The position numbers and the translations under genes are program-made. From Malacoraja senta (lineage: Eukaryota): DNA of 64,000 nucleotides. The first letter of the stretch is position 1. The number at the start of each line of letters is the position of its first letter. The stretch covers positions 5,210,001 through 5,274,000 of the forward strand of contig CM075993.1 in NCBI GenBank assembly GCA_038087875.1, given 5' to 3'. This document shows, one piece after another, positions 1 to 13,276 of the stretch. The notes beneath the pieces are model-generated. The model did no database searches and was not told the DNA's origin. It saw only the letters and a list, made by a program, of their open reading frames with translations.

Positions 1-87
1 CCAGGATGGTTCACAGGACAAAACCAATGTCTTTGTTTTCTGTATTGATCCTTGTAATCAAAAGCCAATGTTAATTGATCATGAAGC

Positions 88-1545
88 GTTCAAGTTCAAG
101 TGAGTTTATTGTCATGTGTCCCTGATAGGACAATGAAATTCTTGCTTTGCTTCAGCACAACAGAACATAGTAGGCATTGACTACAGAACAGATCAGTGTG
201 TCCATATACCATTTATATATATATATATACACACATGAATAAATAAACTGATAAAGTGCAAATAACACATAATGGGCTATTAATGTTCAGAGTTTTGTCC
301 GAGCCAAGTTTACAAGGTTTACAAGATTAATTCCTGCAATGAGGGGATTGACATATGAGGAAAGGTTAAGTAGGCTGGAACTCTACTCTTTGGAGTTTAG
401 AAGAATGAGAGGCGATCTCATTGAAACATATAAGATCGTGAGGGGCCTTGATCGGGTGGATGCACCGAGGATGTTCCCAATGATCGGGGAAACTAGAACT
501 AGGGGACATAGTTGTAGAATAAGAGGGGGCTCTTTTAAAACTGAGATGAGGAAGAACTTCTTCACCCAGAGGGTGGTTAATTTATGGAATTCACTGCCCC
601 AGGGAGCAGTGGAAGCAGAAACATTAAATATATTTAAGTCTAAAATAGATGGTTTTTTAGCTGCCAAGGGGATAAGGGGCTACGGGGAGAGGGCAGGGAT
701 ATGGACCTAGGTATGGTTAGTATAGTAAGACCTGAGTGATCTCCTGGACAAGTGTCGATCGCCTGGATTGGGGTCGGAGAGGAATTTCCCGGATTTTTTT
801 CCCGAATTGGACCTGGGTTTTTATCCGTTTTTTTGCCTCCCCCAGGAGATCACGCGGTTCTTGGGGTGGAGAGGGGTGATAGCGATATAAAGGGGAGGGT
901 AGTGTCTTGTGTTCTGTGTCTTGTGTCTACTGTTTGTGGGTAAGGGTGGCTGTTTAGTGTTCAGCCATGAGCGAATGGCGGTGCGGGCTCGATGGTCTAC
1001 TCTCGCACCTACTTTCTATGTTTCTATGTTTCTAATAGCCTGAAGGCTGTGGGGAAGTAGCTATTCCTGAACCTGGTCGTTGCAGTCTTCAGGCTCCTGT
1101 ACCTTCTACCTGAAGGTAGCAGGGAGATGAGTGTGTGGCCAGGATGGTGTGGGTCCTTGATGATACTGCCAGCCTTTTTGAGGCAGCGACTGCGATAGAT
1201 CCCCTCAATGGAAGGGAGGTCAGTGCCGATATGGACTGGGCAGTGTTTACTACTTTTTGTAGTCTTTTCCTCTCCAGGGCGCTCAAGTTGCTGAACCAAG
1301 CCACGATGCAACCGGTCAGCATGCTCTCTACTGTGCACCTGTAGAGGTTAGAGAGAGTCCTCCTTGACAAACTGACTCTCCGTAATCTTCTCAGGAAGTA
1401 GAGGCGCTGATGTACTTTCTTAATAATTGCATCAGTGTTCTCGGACCAGGAAAGATCTTCAGAGATGTGCACACCCAGGAATTTGAAGCTCTTGACCCTT
1501 TCAACCATCGACCCGTTGATATAAATGGGACTGCGGCTAAACATG
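88..1545 (-). mobile_element. Rex1/Babar-like LINE 3' fragment, split by a CR1 insertion
   Basis: ORFs 1089-1544 and 1024-1338 (VERVKSFKFLGVHISEDLSW...QRLYFLRRLR; HPGHTLISLLPSGRRYRS...RFRNSYFP). The 3' UTR and tail continue at 88-311. Confidence 0.85.
312..1034 (+). mobile_element. CR1-clade LINE 3' fragment with 3' UTR and (TTTCTATG)n tail
   Basis: ORF 339-710 (LTYEERLSRLELYSLEFRRMRGDLIETYKI...TRGH...FFTQRVVNLWNSLP) is the typical CR1 ORF2 C-terminus. Octamer tail at ~1013-1034. Confidence 0.9.
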
Positions 1546-2319
1546 TGCTTTATAAAGGTTCATCATGTAGAGACAAGGAACTGCAGATGTTGGTTTACAA
1601 ATAATTAAAAGGCATAAAGTGGTGAGTAACTCATCAGGTAGCACTTTACATTTTACCTAGAGAACATGGATAGGTGACTTTTTGGGTCGGGACCCTTCTT
1701 CAGACTATACTTTGATTGCTCCACTGCAAAATCTCCTCCAGTTATGCCAACTTTGAAGAAGTTCTTCCTCCAGTATGAAGAAGGGTTCCATCACAAAATT
1801 TCACCTAGCCATGTTCTCCAGCACTCTGTGTCTTATTAATTTTTATAAGGCTCATCATGTCTGTCGTGTACTTGCACTCAATACCTTTCTACAAAGCCCA
1901 GAATCCATATTGTCTTTTTTTTAAACGTTTTCAAACTGCCTTGCAGCTTTCAATAAATGTACATTTAACCACAGACCTCTCTGTTCTTGCACCACTTGTA
2001 GAATTATATCCTCCAGTTTATATTGTCTTTTCTTCTTCCGACCAAAACATATCACTTTACATTTTCTCAGCATTAATCTTCATCTACCTGCCTGTCTGCA
2101 TCTGCTGGAGTCTATTACTATCCTCCTTGCAGTTCACCTTCCCTCCAACTTTTACATCATCTGCAAGTTTAGCCTTAATCTTTACATTACCCTTGTGATA
2201 GAAACATATTAAGAAAAATAAAAGCATGTTTTGGGGCAATCATTCGATGCATTGCACGGACATAAACTCTATAAAGTAATTCAGAAGACAAGGAGGACAA
2301 TCTCTCACTGCCATACTGA

Positions 2320-2772
2320 CTGTGGATCATGGGAGTGTAGTTTTGCCTAACCTTTCGCACCCGTCTAAAAGTGAGCCAAAGGTTGACATAAACTACAACT
2401 CCCAGCAGCCTTCTCGGCCGGCGGGTGAGCCGGTTAAAAGACACTGTTGGCAGCTCTACCGCCAACATGAAATAGTCCGGCAAACATTTCGCGCGCGAGT
2501 CTAATATTGACAAAAGGTGTACACGTAAGATTTTAAAATAGTCAACATGTCAGTAAAATATAATATCTCCGCTGAATTAAATATGTCTTTGACATTTTCG
2601 CAGGGCTGCGGTTGACAGTTGGAAGTAGTTCCGCTGGTGCGGAGGGAGTTTGCAGCCACCGTTTGGGTGAAGCGGTGCTGCAGGGTTCCACGCCATTTTG
2701 TTCATTTGTGGAACCCCCCCTCTAAGGAGCAGAGTGCAGCCAATAGTTGGAGGGCGGGCGGCTCTCTTGCAG
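2320..2772 (+). promoter_or_regulatory. CpG-rich promoter and probable non-coding first exon of HMG20A
   Basis: Clearest CpG-dense non-repeat stretch upstream of the coding exons. ZNF143/SBS-type motif ACTACAACTCCCAGCAGCC (2392-2410) and a second near-match on the - strand (2324-2342). E2F-type TTTCGCGC (2487-2494), YY1 consensus CGCCATTTTG (2691-2700), CCAAT (~2739), GC box (~2752). Donor-like CAG|GTCAGT at 2772/2773. The link to HMG20A via a ~32 kb first intron is inferred. Confidence 0.65.
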
Positions 2773-4789
2773 GTCAGTGTGAGCAGGGGAGCGGGATCCT
2801 GCAGAGCAATGACCTTGACTGTCTCTAAACTTTCTCTTTGAAATAAACCTTCTCATCCATTAAGAGAGAGGGGTTAATGGGGCAAAAACACCAAATTTCA
2901 TTTCTCCACAAAATATAATTCCTGTCTTAAAAGCTGATCAAAGTATTTGTTTGCTCTGACATTACATCTCTACGTTTTATACCTCATTTCTGAAACCTTG
3001 CCTTTTTATAGCTATGTTTGTGGCTGTCATTACAAGGCCAGCATTTATAGTCCATCCCTAATTGCCCTCAAGATGGAGGTGGTGATGGTGGTGAGTTGAT
3101 TTCCTGAACTGGTTAGTGTGGTGAAGGTGCTTCCAAAATGATGTTGGGTGAGGAGTTTCAGGGTTTAGACCCAGAAACAATGAAGGAACAGAATATAGAT
3201 GTTCCAATCAGGATGTTGCACTTGGAGAAGAACTGTTGTCCTCATTCGCAGGTGCCTGTGGCTTAATGGAAGAAGGTTATAAACCTTACCTGTGGCAGTT
3301 AGAGTGCACACCTGGTGGTTGTAGATCATCTAGCAATTTGATCAGATGAAAGGTGATGCAGAAAGATCAGAGTCAGTAGTGCCTGCCATTGAAGTAGGAG
3401 AACAGTCCAATGGAATAGTGACAATCTTTCCATTGTGACTTTAGATTCACTTGACAGAATGATCTCACTCTTGCTTTTTGGCCTGCCTTTGAGCATCAGA
3501 TTGGTGCAAGTCCATAACAATGGGGTTGTTCTTGCCTTGTTACGAGCATCTCAAGGTAAATTGTGTTGGATTTTTCTGTTAATCTATCTGAAATTGCCCT
3601 TTGTGATATGGATCCTGTGCCAAGACACTTTATAAGTAAACAAATTTAAGTGCCCATTTGTCTGGAATTGCCGCAAATTGCGTGCGAAAGGCTGCACAAA
3701 ATAGTGACATTGACCAAATTAGTGTTGAGCTGCATGCTTGCCAGATGTGGCTAACTGCATTTTTGATTAAAATTAAAATAAATGAAATATACTGTACCAT
3801 ATGAATTCAGTGTTTATGTTGACATGACATATGTTTGTGTATTTGAAGCTTTTTGTTGTTTCTGGTAAAGTATGATGCAAAACAATGTGCAAAGTTTTGT
3901 TTGATCGTTGTTAGTCCTCAGTTACTAAATTCTGGTGTATGCACATGTGAAATGTATTACTAGAATTATTTCACTGCATGCAAGATATTTGCTCACATTG
4001 ATGCATGAAAACTATGTGTAGTTGGTGTTTTGTAACCTCTTGTTCATTGCATTGAATACATATTAATATGCTTGAAATATGAGGCTCAAACAAGGTGATT
4101 CTAGGTTGTTCAAAGTTTTATTCAGACCTCTCCTGCACAGTAATAACCACATCAAATGTCAAGTTCATATATTTACAGACACTATGCTTCCTTCCTATTT
4201 TAAAATAACTAATTTATGAAGCAGAAACAAGCAATCTACTCTGGGGTTATGTCCAAAGAGTAGCTGATTTATGAATCCTTAATTATCTTTTTTTTCCAGA
4301 GACTCCTTTCAACAAAGTTGTGAAATTAAGCTAAATACAATGTTCCCATCCATCCTTGTCTCTTACAGCCAATTTCTCCTCAGCAGCCCCTATAATTAAT
4401 TGATCAATTGGTTTTTCCCCCGTCACAACGGACAATACGTTCCACTAATGTCTTCTGGGTTTTGCCAAAAAAATTCTCAACTTTAATGTGCAGTTTCATA
4501 ATGGCACCTTCTGGTGATTTATATCCCCACCAGGGGTTATCAACAGCCAATGTTAAGATCTTCTGATCATCGACCTTGAGTTTAATTTTGAAGTGTTTGA
4601 GTTTAGTTTAGAGATACAGCACAGAAATTGTCTTTTTAGCCCACCGTCCACACTGACCATTAATCATCTGTTCACACTAATTCTATTTCCCATTTTCTCA
4701 TCCATTTCCAACACTCTAAGGGTGAATTACAGAGTCCAATTAACCTGCAAACCCGCATGCGTTTTCAAAGTTTTAAACAAACAGCTATG

Positions 4790-5040
4790 TAAGTAAGTAA
4801 GTTTATTGGCCAAGTATTCACATACAAGGAATTTGCCTTGGTGCTCTGCCCACAAGTAACAACATGACATACAGTGACAGTTACGAATGACTCAGAAAAC
4901 ACTACACAATAATAATAAAACATTAATGATAAAACACCATTGATCAAGCATGTGAACCAACAAATACCAGATCAAAGGGAGGCTATAGATTTTTGGCTGT
5001 TGAGTAGAGCAACTACTCGTGGATAAAATCTGTTTTTATG
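4790..5040 (-). mobile_element. LINE 3' tail fragment (Rex/L2-like) with (TAAG)n end
   Basis: taagtaagtaagtttattggcc...caaggaatttgccttgg resembles the other LINE tails in the window. Confidence 0.5.
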
Positions 5041-8000
5041 TACTGAATGAGTGCAATAGCAGCAGATTACCCCACCAGACCCATTATTATTACACTACGC
5101 TCAATGTTATGGGCTCAGTGAAAGAGGCCATGCCAATGCTTCGATCACTATGTACCGTGATCATCAAAACTTTATGCGTTAACTGAAGTTCCTGCACACT
5201 TTTTGGATGCCGTTTATATAAATGTATAGTGTACTCTCGGCTATCCAGCATCAATGGGGAATGTGAGGTCCCGGTTGCATGAGAGTTTCTCTAAAATTCA
5301 CGCAGTAATATTCTATGCATACATTTCCCAAATCTGTCATTCCCTTCCCCTTTTAAATGACAATTTTTGATCATGTATTTCCATATTTTAAGGTTAAATA
5401 GTATAAATGTAACGCAGCAAAAATTAATCAAATGAATGAGAAATGTCACCACCACATGAACTGTCAAATCTTCAAAGTGGATATAGACTGATTAGCAGTA
5501 ACTGCATTGACCTTGTCTATAAATATAAATAAGCTGAAAATGGCTTTGCATGCTTATTTTGCATGGCACGTAAAATAAACTCACTTTGAGCATTTTCAGT
5601 TGTTTAATATACTTAAAAATATTTGTACTTTGCATGAGAATTCTGGATGCATAAATACCTTGATAAACAAGTTTATTGTCGACTCAATTCTGCAGATGCA
5701 GGTATCTTGAGCAGAACACGGTGCTGGAGGAACTCAGCAGGTCGGGCAGCATCTGTGGAAGGAATGGACAAGCGATTTTGGGGATCTGAAGAAGTGTCCC
5801 AACGCTGAATGTTGTCTGTCCATTCCCTCCACAGATGCTGTCTGACCTGCTGAGTTCCTCCAGCAACTTTGTATTTTGTTCAAGATTCCAGCATTTGCAG
5901 TTCCTTTTGTCTTTGTTCCTTTGTTCACCATTTCCGTTCCCCCCACATTAGTTACTAGATCATCAACCTCTCCAATCTGGTTTCCACCTTCCCACTTTCC
6001 ACACATCTAACCATCTGGGTCAATTCCCCTTTGTCCTACCCTTCCTAGTCTCTCCCATACCTAGGTCCATCTGCCCATCATCCCTCCCTTACCTGGTTCC
6101 ACTTAGCACTTTCCAAATTTTGAAGTCAATTTGTTGACAACCTACAAGTATTTGGTTCTATGTCTGTTAACTAGGTCATCATCTTGCCTTTGTGTATAGC
6201 CTTATTCCATTATCTGCAGTCTCTATCTTTATTAGCTAGTTTTGCAATGTGTTCGTTAGCTGGTCTTGCCATGTATGATCAAAGAAGGAAGGTACTGAAA
6301 TGCCAATACCATACGAATCTTGTTAGGAAAACTCAACAGTCACTAATTGTCTTTTCTGACTTGTGTTGCGTTATGGACCGAGTTTTCATAGTCCTTTGAT
6401 GCTGTGGTTAAATGATTATGCAGCTTTGCTGATGCTTTGTTTAGTGAAATGTAAATGGAAGTAAATTTGCTGACAACGTACAAGTATTTGGTTCTCTATC
6501 TACCAACCAGGTCATCATCTTGCCTTTGTGTATAGCCTTATTGCGCGCATTTTCACTGTCATAGTTGCCCTAAAAAAACCCCCCGATGTATTAATTTAAA
6601 AGTTCCTGAGCTGTTGTTGCTCCTGCGATTTCCAATATATTGGTCTGAAACTGGACTGTCATTTGCTACTGTCTTTCACTTTCCCTGTTATTAGATTTGT
6701 AGTGATAGAAAAATACACAAATGCTGCTTTTCTTTCCCCTTGAGTCCACATTTCAGACTTGCTGCAATTAATCACCAGCTTTTCAGTCTCTCTATCAGCA
6801 CAGTTGTGTAATCGCTTGACTGTCCTCAACGTCATTGTCACTTTCAATAGCTGTTTTTTTGCTATTGCATTCTTGTCATCAGCATAAGTTATGTGGGCTC
6901 TCTGAGTTCTTAACCTCTACAAAGCTCATTACAGACTGTACTGTGATATAAGCTCAAACAAGGGTGTCTGTTGTGTGTTGAAAGTTTGCCTTGTATATCT
7001 TCTGCACATTAGAACACTTTTGATATTATGTCATAAACGATGGCACTTATTTTAAATATACTGTGAGGATATAATTGAGGTGAATTCCATTTTGGCAGGT
7101 GGGATGAGCAAGAATGGGGCAACTTGGTCGGTATGGACAAGCAGAGGTGAAGAGACCATAAATCTAGTATTTCAAGAAGAAATAGGACAGATTGTTGTTA
7201 GAGATTAGGATTCGATGTGTAGGAAGGAACTGCAGATGATGGTTTACATTGGGGACACACAAAATGCTGGAGTAACTCAGTCAGCATCTTTGGAGAGAAG
7301 GAATGGGTGACTTTTTGGGTCGAGACCTTTCAGAATGAGTCAGGGGAGAGAGGAACTAGAGATATGGAAGGGTAAGTTGTGATAATGACAGATCAAAGCA
7401 GACGATGATCAAGGAAACGTAGAATGGTTGCTTAACATCAGCAAAGACATCAGTAAGGTTTCCTAGAATATGCAAAAGCTCTGTACATGAAAGTTGCGGG
7501 TTATTTTTTTGCCATTTATGTCACCACTGCAAAATAAAATGTTTAAAAAGTAATATTTTCGGTTAATGTCATCTTCATTTTTAATGAGGTGTTAGTTTTA
7601 TTTGGAGTTTCCCTTTGAACTATCACGGAATGCCTAGACTATTTGATGGCTCTTTGGATGGAAGTGTTGTTTGAGCCATGAAGACCAAATTCAGTCATTT
7701 TCCCCCTGGATTAGTGAATCATGCTCTGATGTCAATCTGTTGAGAACATAACACTCTGGCTGAATAATTTTCAATCTTTTTGGCAGTTGTGCCTATTTCC
7801 ACCGTTCACATTGATAGAGTTATGTTAAAACTATTTTGACCCACTATAAATGCATCCGATCACACATGATGTGTTAGTTTAATGATGCCGTCTGCACTTG
7901 GTGCCAATGGCTATACTGCAGGAATCCAAATGAGCAAATAATGATGGTAGAAAATTGTGAATCAAACCGCACATATTCGCCGAAACTGGCTGTCATTGTA

Positions 8001-9574
8001 CATCTTCGTAAACAATAGCTTACATTTGTGTCAATTTAAGTTATTGTAATGTTTGCAACCTTCAGAACAATGATAGCAGTCCTTGTCTCTGCCTCCTTGT
8101 TTCAGGAACCAGTCAGAGAATTCCCGAGACTGCAGATTACATTGCTGGAAAGCATCAGAATGGCTGATCAGAATTGCAGTGGGTTCTGGCCTTCACTTGG
8201 CTTTTTCTCTTTCTTGGCTGCTTGCATTATTGTATGTTACAATATCCACTGCATTTCCGTAAGGCCACTCATTTCATTGGCCTTGAGCGAAATGTCGGAT
8301 ATTTCATCTGTATTTTTGCACCTGCTGAGAGCTTGACTCGTGTGTCCTATTTAGCTTGTAGGTTATTTATTCATATGTTGTAATGAAATAAAATAGGCTA
8401 GAATGGATTGTACGAAAGTAAAGAAGGTTGACGTTCCTCCTTAATGAGGGCGAAAGAGTATGTACTGGCCTTATACAAGGGCATAACCTTAAGAAATTTA
8501 GATTTGCTAAGCTTATAAGGAGAACACAGATGTGTCCTTAATGTTATGGTAAAATGGGTGAGTGCAAGTCCACACCTTCAGTTCTTTAAGTGATTATTGG
8601 GGATGTAGGTTTAATGTGCCCCTGCTTTCTTCCATTTACCTCTTTCCCCTCATGTACGTCCCGACACATAGTTATCTGAGATTCTTTGAAACTGTTGCAA
8701 GAAGAGAGGTTGGCTGGGACGGGATTCTTTGAACAAAAGAGGCTGTGGAAAGTCATAACAATGCTTACTATCTCGAGGCTACTGGTAATAAATTTTTATC
8801 CAGAATCATAACTGTTGGACATACCGATAGCAAAACTGATAGAACAATTGGAGAGAGATTGAGGTGAAGTGTTTGCATTCACTTCTGGAACTCATTGCCT
8901 GAAAGAGCAGGAGGCAGATGCAAACGGGGAAGGTTCCTGAATGAGGACTTTGCGCCACAATCCATGGACTGAATGCTAAGAAGTGGAAGTTGTCAAATTA
9001 AATCTATTTTTTGACGTTCTTGAGCCAATGAGCACATGGCTCAACTTGTGTTGTAAACTTGAATATTTACAGACAAGAGTCTCCATAGAGCAGGAGCAGC
9101 AATTGATGCAGCTTAAATCTTTACAGATGCAGTTTTTCATCATTGCCAGACCTTGCCACCATCTAATCTGGTTGTTTTATATTATTTATTTAACTGTTAC
9201 AACACGAAAGGTGATTCTTTTGCTCCTCTCACTGCCAGGCTTTGTCCCACCTCCACTTTTCCAGCTTTCTCCCCCTCACTATGACTTGTCTGAAGAAGGG
9301 TCCTGACACAAAAAACATCACCTGTTCACATACTCCAGAGTAAAGATCCTATAGCTCGCTATAGGATCTTTGCTCCAGACATACTATCTGACCCGCTGAG
9401 TTCCACCAGCACTTTGTGTTTTACTCAAGATTCTATCATCTGCAGTTCCTTGTTTCTTCATTTTGCCAATTGGCATTTGGCAACACAATTGCTCCCAATA
9501 AACAAATCCCACCAGTCTAATTTTCTTTATTTCCCCATAACATTGTAACACGTTCTCACATTCCCTTTATTTTT

Positions 9575-10996
9575 TTTTAATATATATTTTTTAATATTAT
9601 TTTTATTAGAAGTACGGTAAATTACAGTAATACACAACACATATATCTTAATACATTTTTTGTACCGCTTCATTTTTTTGAGCTTTAAGAAAAAGATAGA
9701 AGTAAGGAAAGTAAAGAAAGTGCGCAAGAGTCGTGAAGTGCAAGAGAGTGTTGGGAAAAGAAAGCCCCTTAGAAAAGAAGTTAGCGAAGGAAGTAAAGTA
9801 AGAAAGTAGACCCTAGAAAAGAAAGAAAAAGAAAGTAGGAACAATCGCTCTATTATAACATTATACTCCGCAGAAAGGGGGCTACCAACCAAGTCTGTTT
9901 TTGTTGTTTTACCTCCCATTACCAGGTCCTGATACCATTTATTTATTTATTTATTTATTAAATTACTATTGCACCTCATGCTTGTAATAGGTCCAGAAAC
10001 GTAGACCACGTCTTTTGGAATTGGTCTGCTTTACCTGCTAAGAGGAATCTCATCTCTTCCAGATGTAATGTTTCAAACATATTTGATGTCCACATTTTTA
10101 TTGTTGGTGTGGGCGCATTTTTCCAGAATTTAAGTATGAGCTTTTTTCCCATTATTAGCCCGTAATTGAATAAATTCTTCTGATACACGTTTAATTCAGG
10201 GATACCTTCCGATATTCCAAAAATGATCCATTCTGGGTTATGTACCAGTTTTATTTTAATTAATTTTGAAAAAATATCAAATATTTCATACCAGAATTTT
10301 TGGATTTTTGTACAAAAAACAAAAGAATGCGCTATGGTAGCTTCTTGACATAGACATTTATCACAGATTGGTGAAACATTAGGAAAGATTTTATTTAATT
10401 TAGTTTTTGAATAATATAGTCTATGTAATGTTTTGAATTGGATGAGCGTATGTCGTATGTTGATCGAACATTTATGCACCTGTAGTAAATGATTATCCCA
10501 GCTCTCTTTTGAAATTTTTATAGCTAATTCTTGTTCCCAGTCTCTTCTAATTCCATCTGTTGTGGGTATTTCTATGTTTAAAATGATATTATATAAGTAC
10601 GATATTAGATTAGCTGATTCCGCCTTTGTCTTCATTGCTTCATCTAGTAAGTTGGAAGGCATATTATGATAGTCTTTTGTGTATTTTTTCAGATAATCAC
10701 GAATTTGTAGATATTTAAAATATTGGTTATTTTTCAAATTATATTTCAGTTGTAGTTGTTGAAATGATAGTAATTTTCCCAATTCATACAGATCTTCGAG
10801 CGTTTTGATTCCCATTCTTTCCCATTGTATAAATGATTTGTCTATGATTGAAGGTTTAAACGATGGGTTATTGACTATTGGTATTGAGAGAGATAGGTTT
10901 CTTAATTTTAGATTCTGTTTTATTTGTTTCCATGTTCTAATTGTGCTATATATAATTGGATTTTTATTATAATTTTTATTATTCAAATTTATTGGA
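9575..10996 (-). mobile_element. 5'-truncated L1/Tx1-clade LINE (ORF2 C-terminal part) with 17-bp TSD
   Basis: Uninterrupted ORF 9976-~10996 with the L1-type Cys/His motif SPICDKCLCQEATIAHSFVFC. A-rich tail at ~9575. Perfect direct repeat acattccctttattttt at 9558-9574 and 10997-11013. Confidence 0.92.
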
Positions 10997-13276
10997 ACAT
11001 TCCCTTTATTTTTGCCACTTGCCAACTCTTAATAATTGGTAGTTACCAGTTAAGCTACTAGCAAGTCTTTTGACATGTGTGAAGAAACCTTGCAGAAACC
11101 CTTGTGGTCGTGGAGAAATCATGCAAGCTTTGCACATAGTAGCCAAGGTCAGGTTCGAACCTGAGTCTGAAGAGCTGTGAGGCAGCAATACTAATTGCTG
11201 CACTGTTGTCCCACACTGTTGAAAATGAATTCCACAGGGGATGATATTCTTAAGTTGTTACTGGATGTACAATATTGGTGGAAAGCTTCAAGAATAAATA
11301 TGATTTTTCTCCATTGGAGCCTTTTTCACTCTCAGAATGCAGTGTCTGCGATCAAAAATCTTGCAGAATAAAAACAATTCTGGTATCCCTAGATTTTAGA
11401 AATGAAGCATTTGGAAATTGTCCAAAACTGCTACGACAGGTCCAATGAATTTGCAGATTAATCAGCCTATTGAGTAAGTAGAGTTGTTAAACATTGATAC
11501 TATTAAGCCTTGCATGTTTAAGAAAAGATTCTGAGTTTTTGGCCGAATGCCAGCTCATTGTCTGATGTTTTGTTGAATGAACAGCAGCTTGAGTTAGATC
11601 ATGTTTCTAAATAATGAACACGAGTTACCCAATGAGTACAGTGGAGATCAGTACCACATTTATTCACACAAGATATTTAGTGACTTTCTCTTGGATTACC
11701 TGGACTGACTGAATTTGATTGTAATCTATCATGGTTGAATTTCATTTGAGATCACTGAAACATTGATGGCATATGCAAGTTAACATTCAGCACTGTTGAA
11801 GAACAGAGAGGAGCAACTCATTTTTCTATAGCTGCAGCAGCTGTTTTGGGGCCACAAGAAAGATTCAGTCACCCACTTTGGTTCTTTCTTTAGCTTATTT
11901 ATTTTGAGTGTATTCTTCTAGTTTCTGATATGGACATTTGTAGGTTCATGAAGATCAGTGGCCTGGAAGAAAAATATTTCAGAAATTGCAATTAATTTGA
12001 AGTCATTGTTAAAGATTATTATTATTATTAAAGATTTTAACCTAGGTATTCTGGTGCACCCTCAATGGTTGGGAGGCAAGGAGGATGCATCAAGGGTTAA
12101 AAGGCTAGGACTTGACTGAAAGGTGTGTCAATCCTTCATTGCGTTGGGCTCAGCAGGTTGTTGGGGCTTTGTGTCATATTCTGGAAAAGAAGTAACTTTT
12201 GATATTTACAGAGCTGAAGTTGAAAAAAAATATTCTCTACATTCAAAGGCCAACATCATTTGGTGCAAATTTAGGTTAATATATCAAAGGAATTTCTGTG
12301 TGCCTTCTGTAACTTTGGGTTATCCCAAAGGACTTTACAGCCAGTGAAGTACTTTAGAAACATATGAACTGTTGCATTCAGGGAATTGAACAGTCAGATT
12401 GGAGTAGGAATGTTGGTAAAGCTGCAGTCTGATAATCAGCATACTGTGATAAAGCTTGAGGCATAAATATTGGCCAAGTCATAGCTGTACTTTTTTTTGC
12501 ATGCTCTGGAGCTTTTGTTTCTGCCTGGGAGACTCAATAGGATCTTAGTTTAATATCTTGCCTATCGTGATTTTGCTCACTTAACTAGCTTGTCTCTAAC
12601 CCATTGATATCTTTACATCCACTTTACAATTCTCATTTCCATTGAGCTTCGTGCCAACAGTAAACCTTGGAATATTACTTTTGGTCGTCTTGGCTAAATT
12701 ATTGATGCAGATTGTGAATTATTGGGTAGGCCACTGGCTTATCAAGACACTGGAAATATACTGCAAAAAATTACTCCAACTCCACAATGTCAGTGTCCTC
12801 TCCCCGCCCCACATCCCATTAATGAGGGTAGACACAAAAAGCTGGAGTAACACGGCGGGTCAGGCAGCATCTCTGGAGGAAAGGAATCGGTGATGTTTCT
12901 AGTCAAGATCGTTCGTCAAACCCAATTATTCAGTCCCCAGTTATGCCCAAATTTGTTACAATGGACATGAAAATCCAAATACACCATTCTCACAATTTTT
13001 AAGAAATTAAACCCCCCCCCCTCTCATCTGCTCAATTAGATAAGTCAAACATTTTTTTCCTTTCCACAAGTTCATACCAACTTTACTCACTCATTATTAT
13101 ATTCCAAGTGACTTAATATCACATCCTTTATTTCCAACATTTTTGTAACCACCCATATCAGACAAGCAGACTGGTAGTTACTTGTTTTTTCTCTCTGTCA
13201 ACACTTCTGTTTGATTACTGACTTGCAACTTGACAGAAGTTCAAAATCTATGTCTCGTTTGGGACTATTATTTTCA

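Noticed and set aside
2461..2475. Perfect Kozak GCCAACATG in the promoter
   Set aside because: Followed immediately by AAA TAG (Met-Lys-stop) and probably upstream of the TSS.
9527..9919. 130-aa hydrophobic/basic ORF
   Set aside because: Low-complexity L1 3' UTR.
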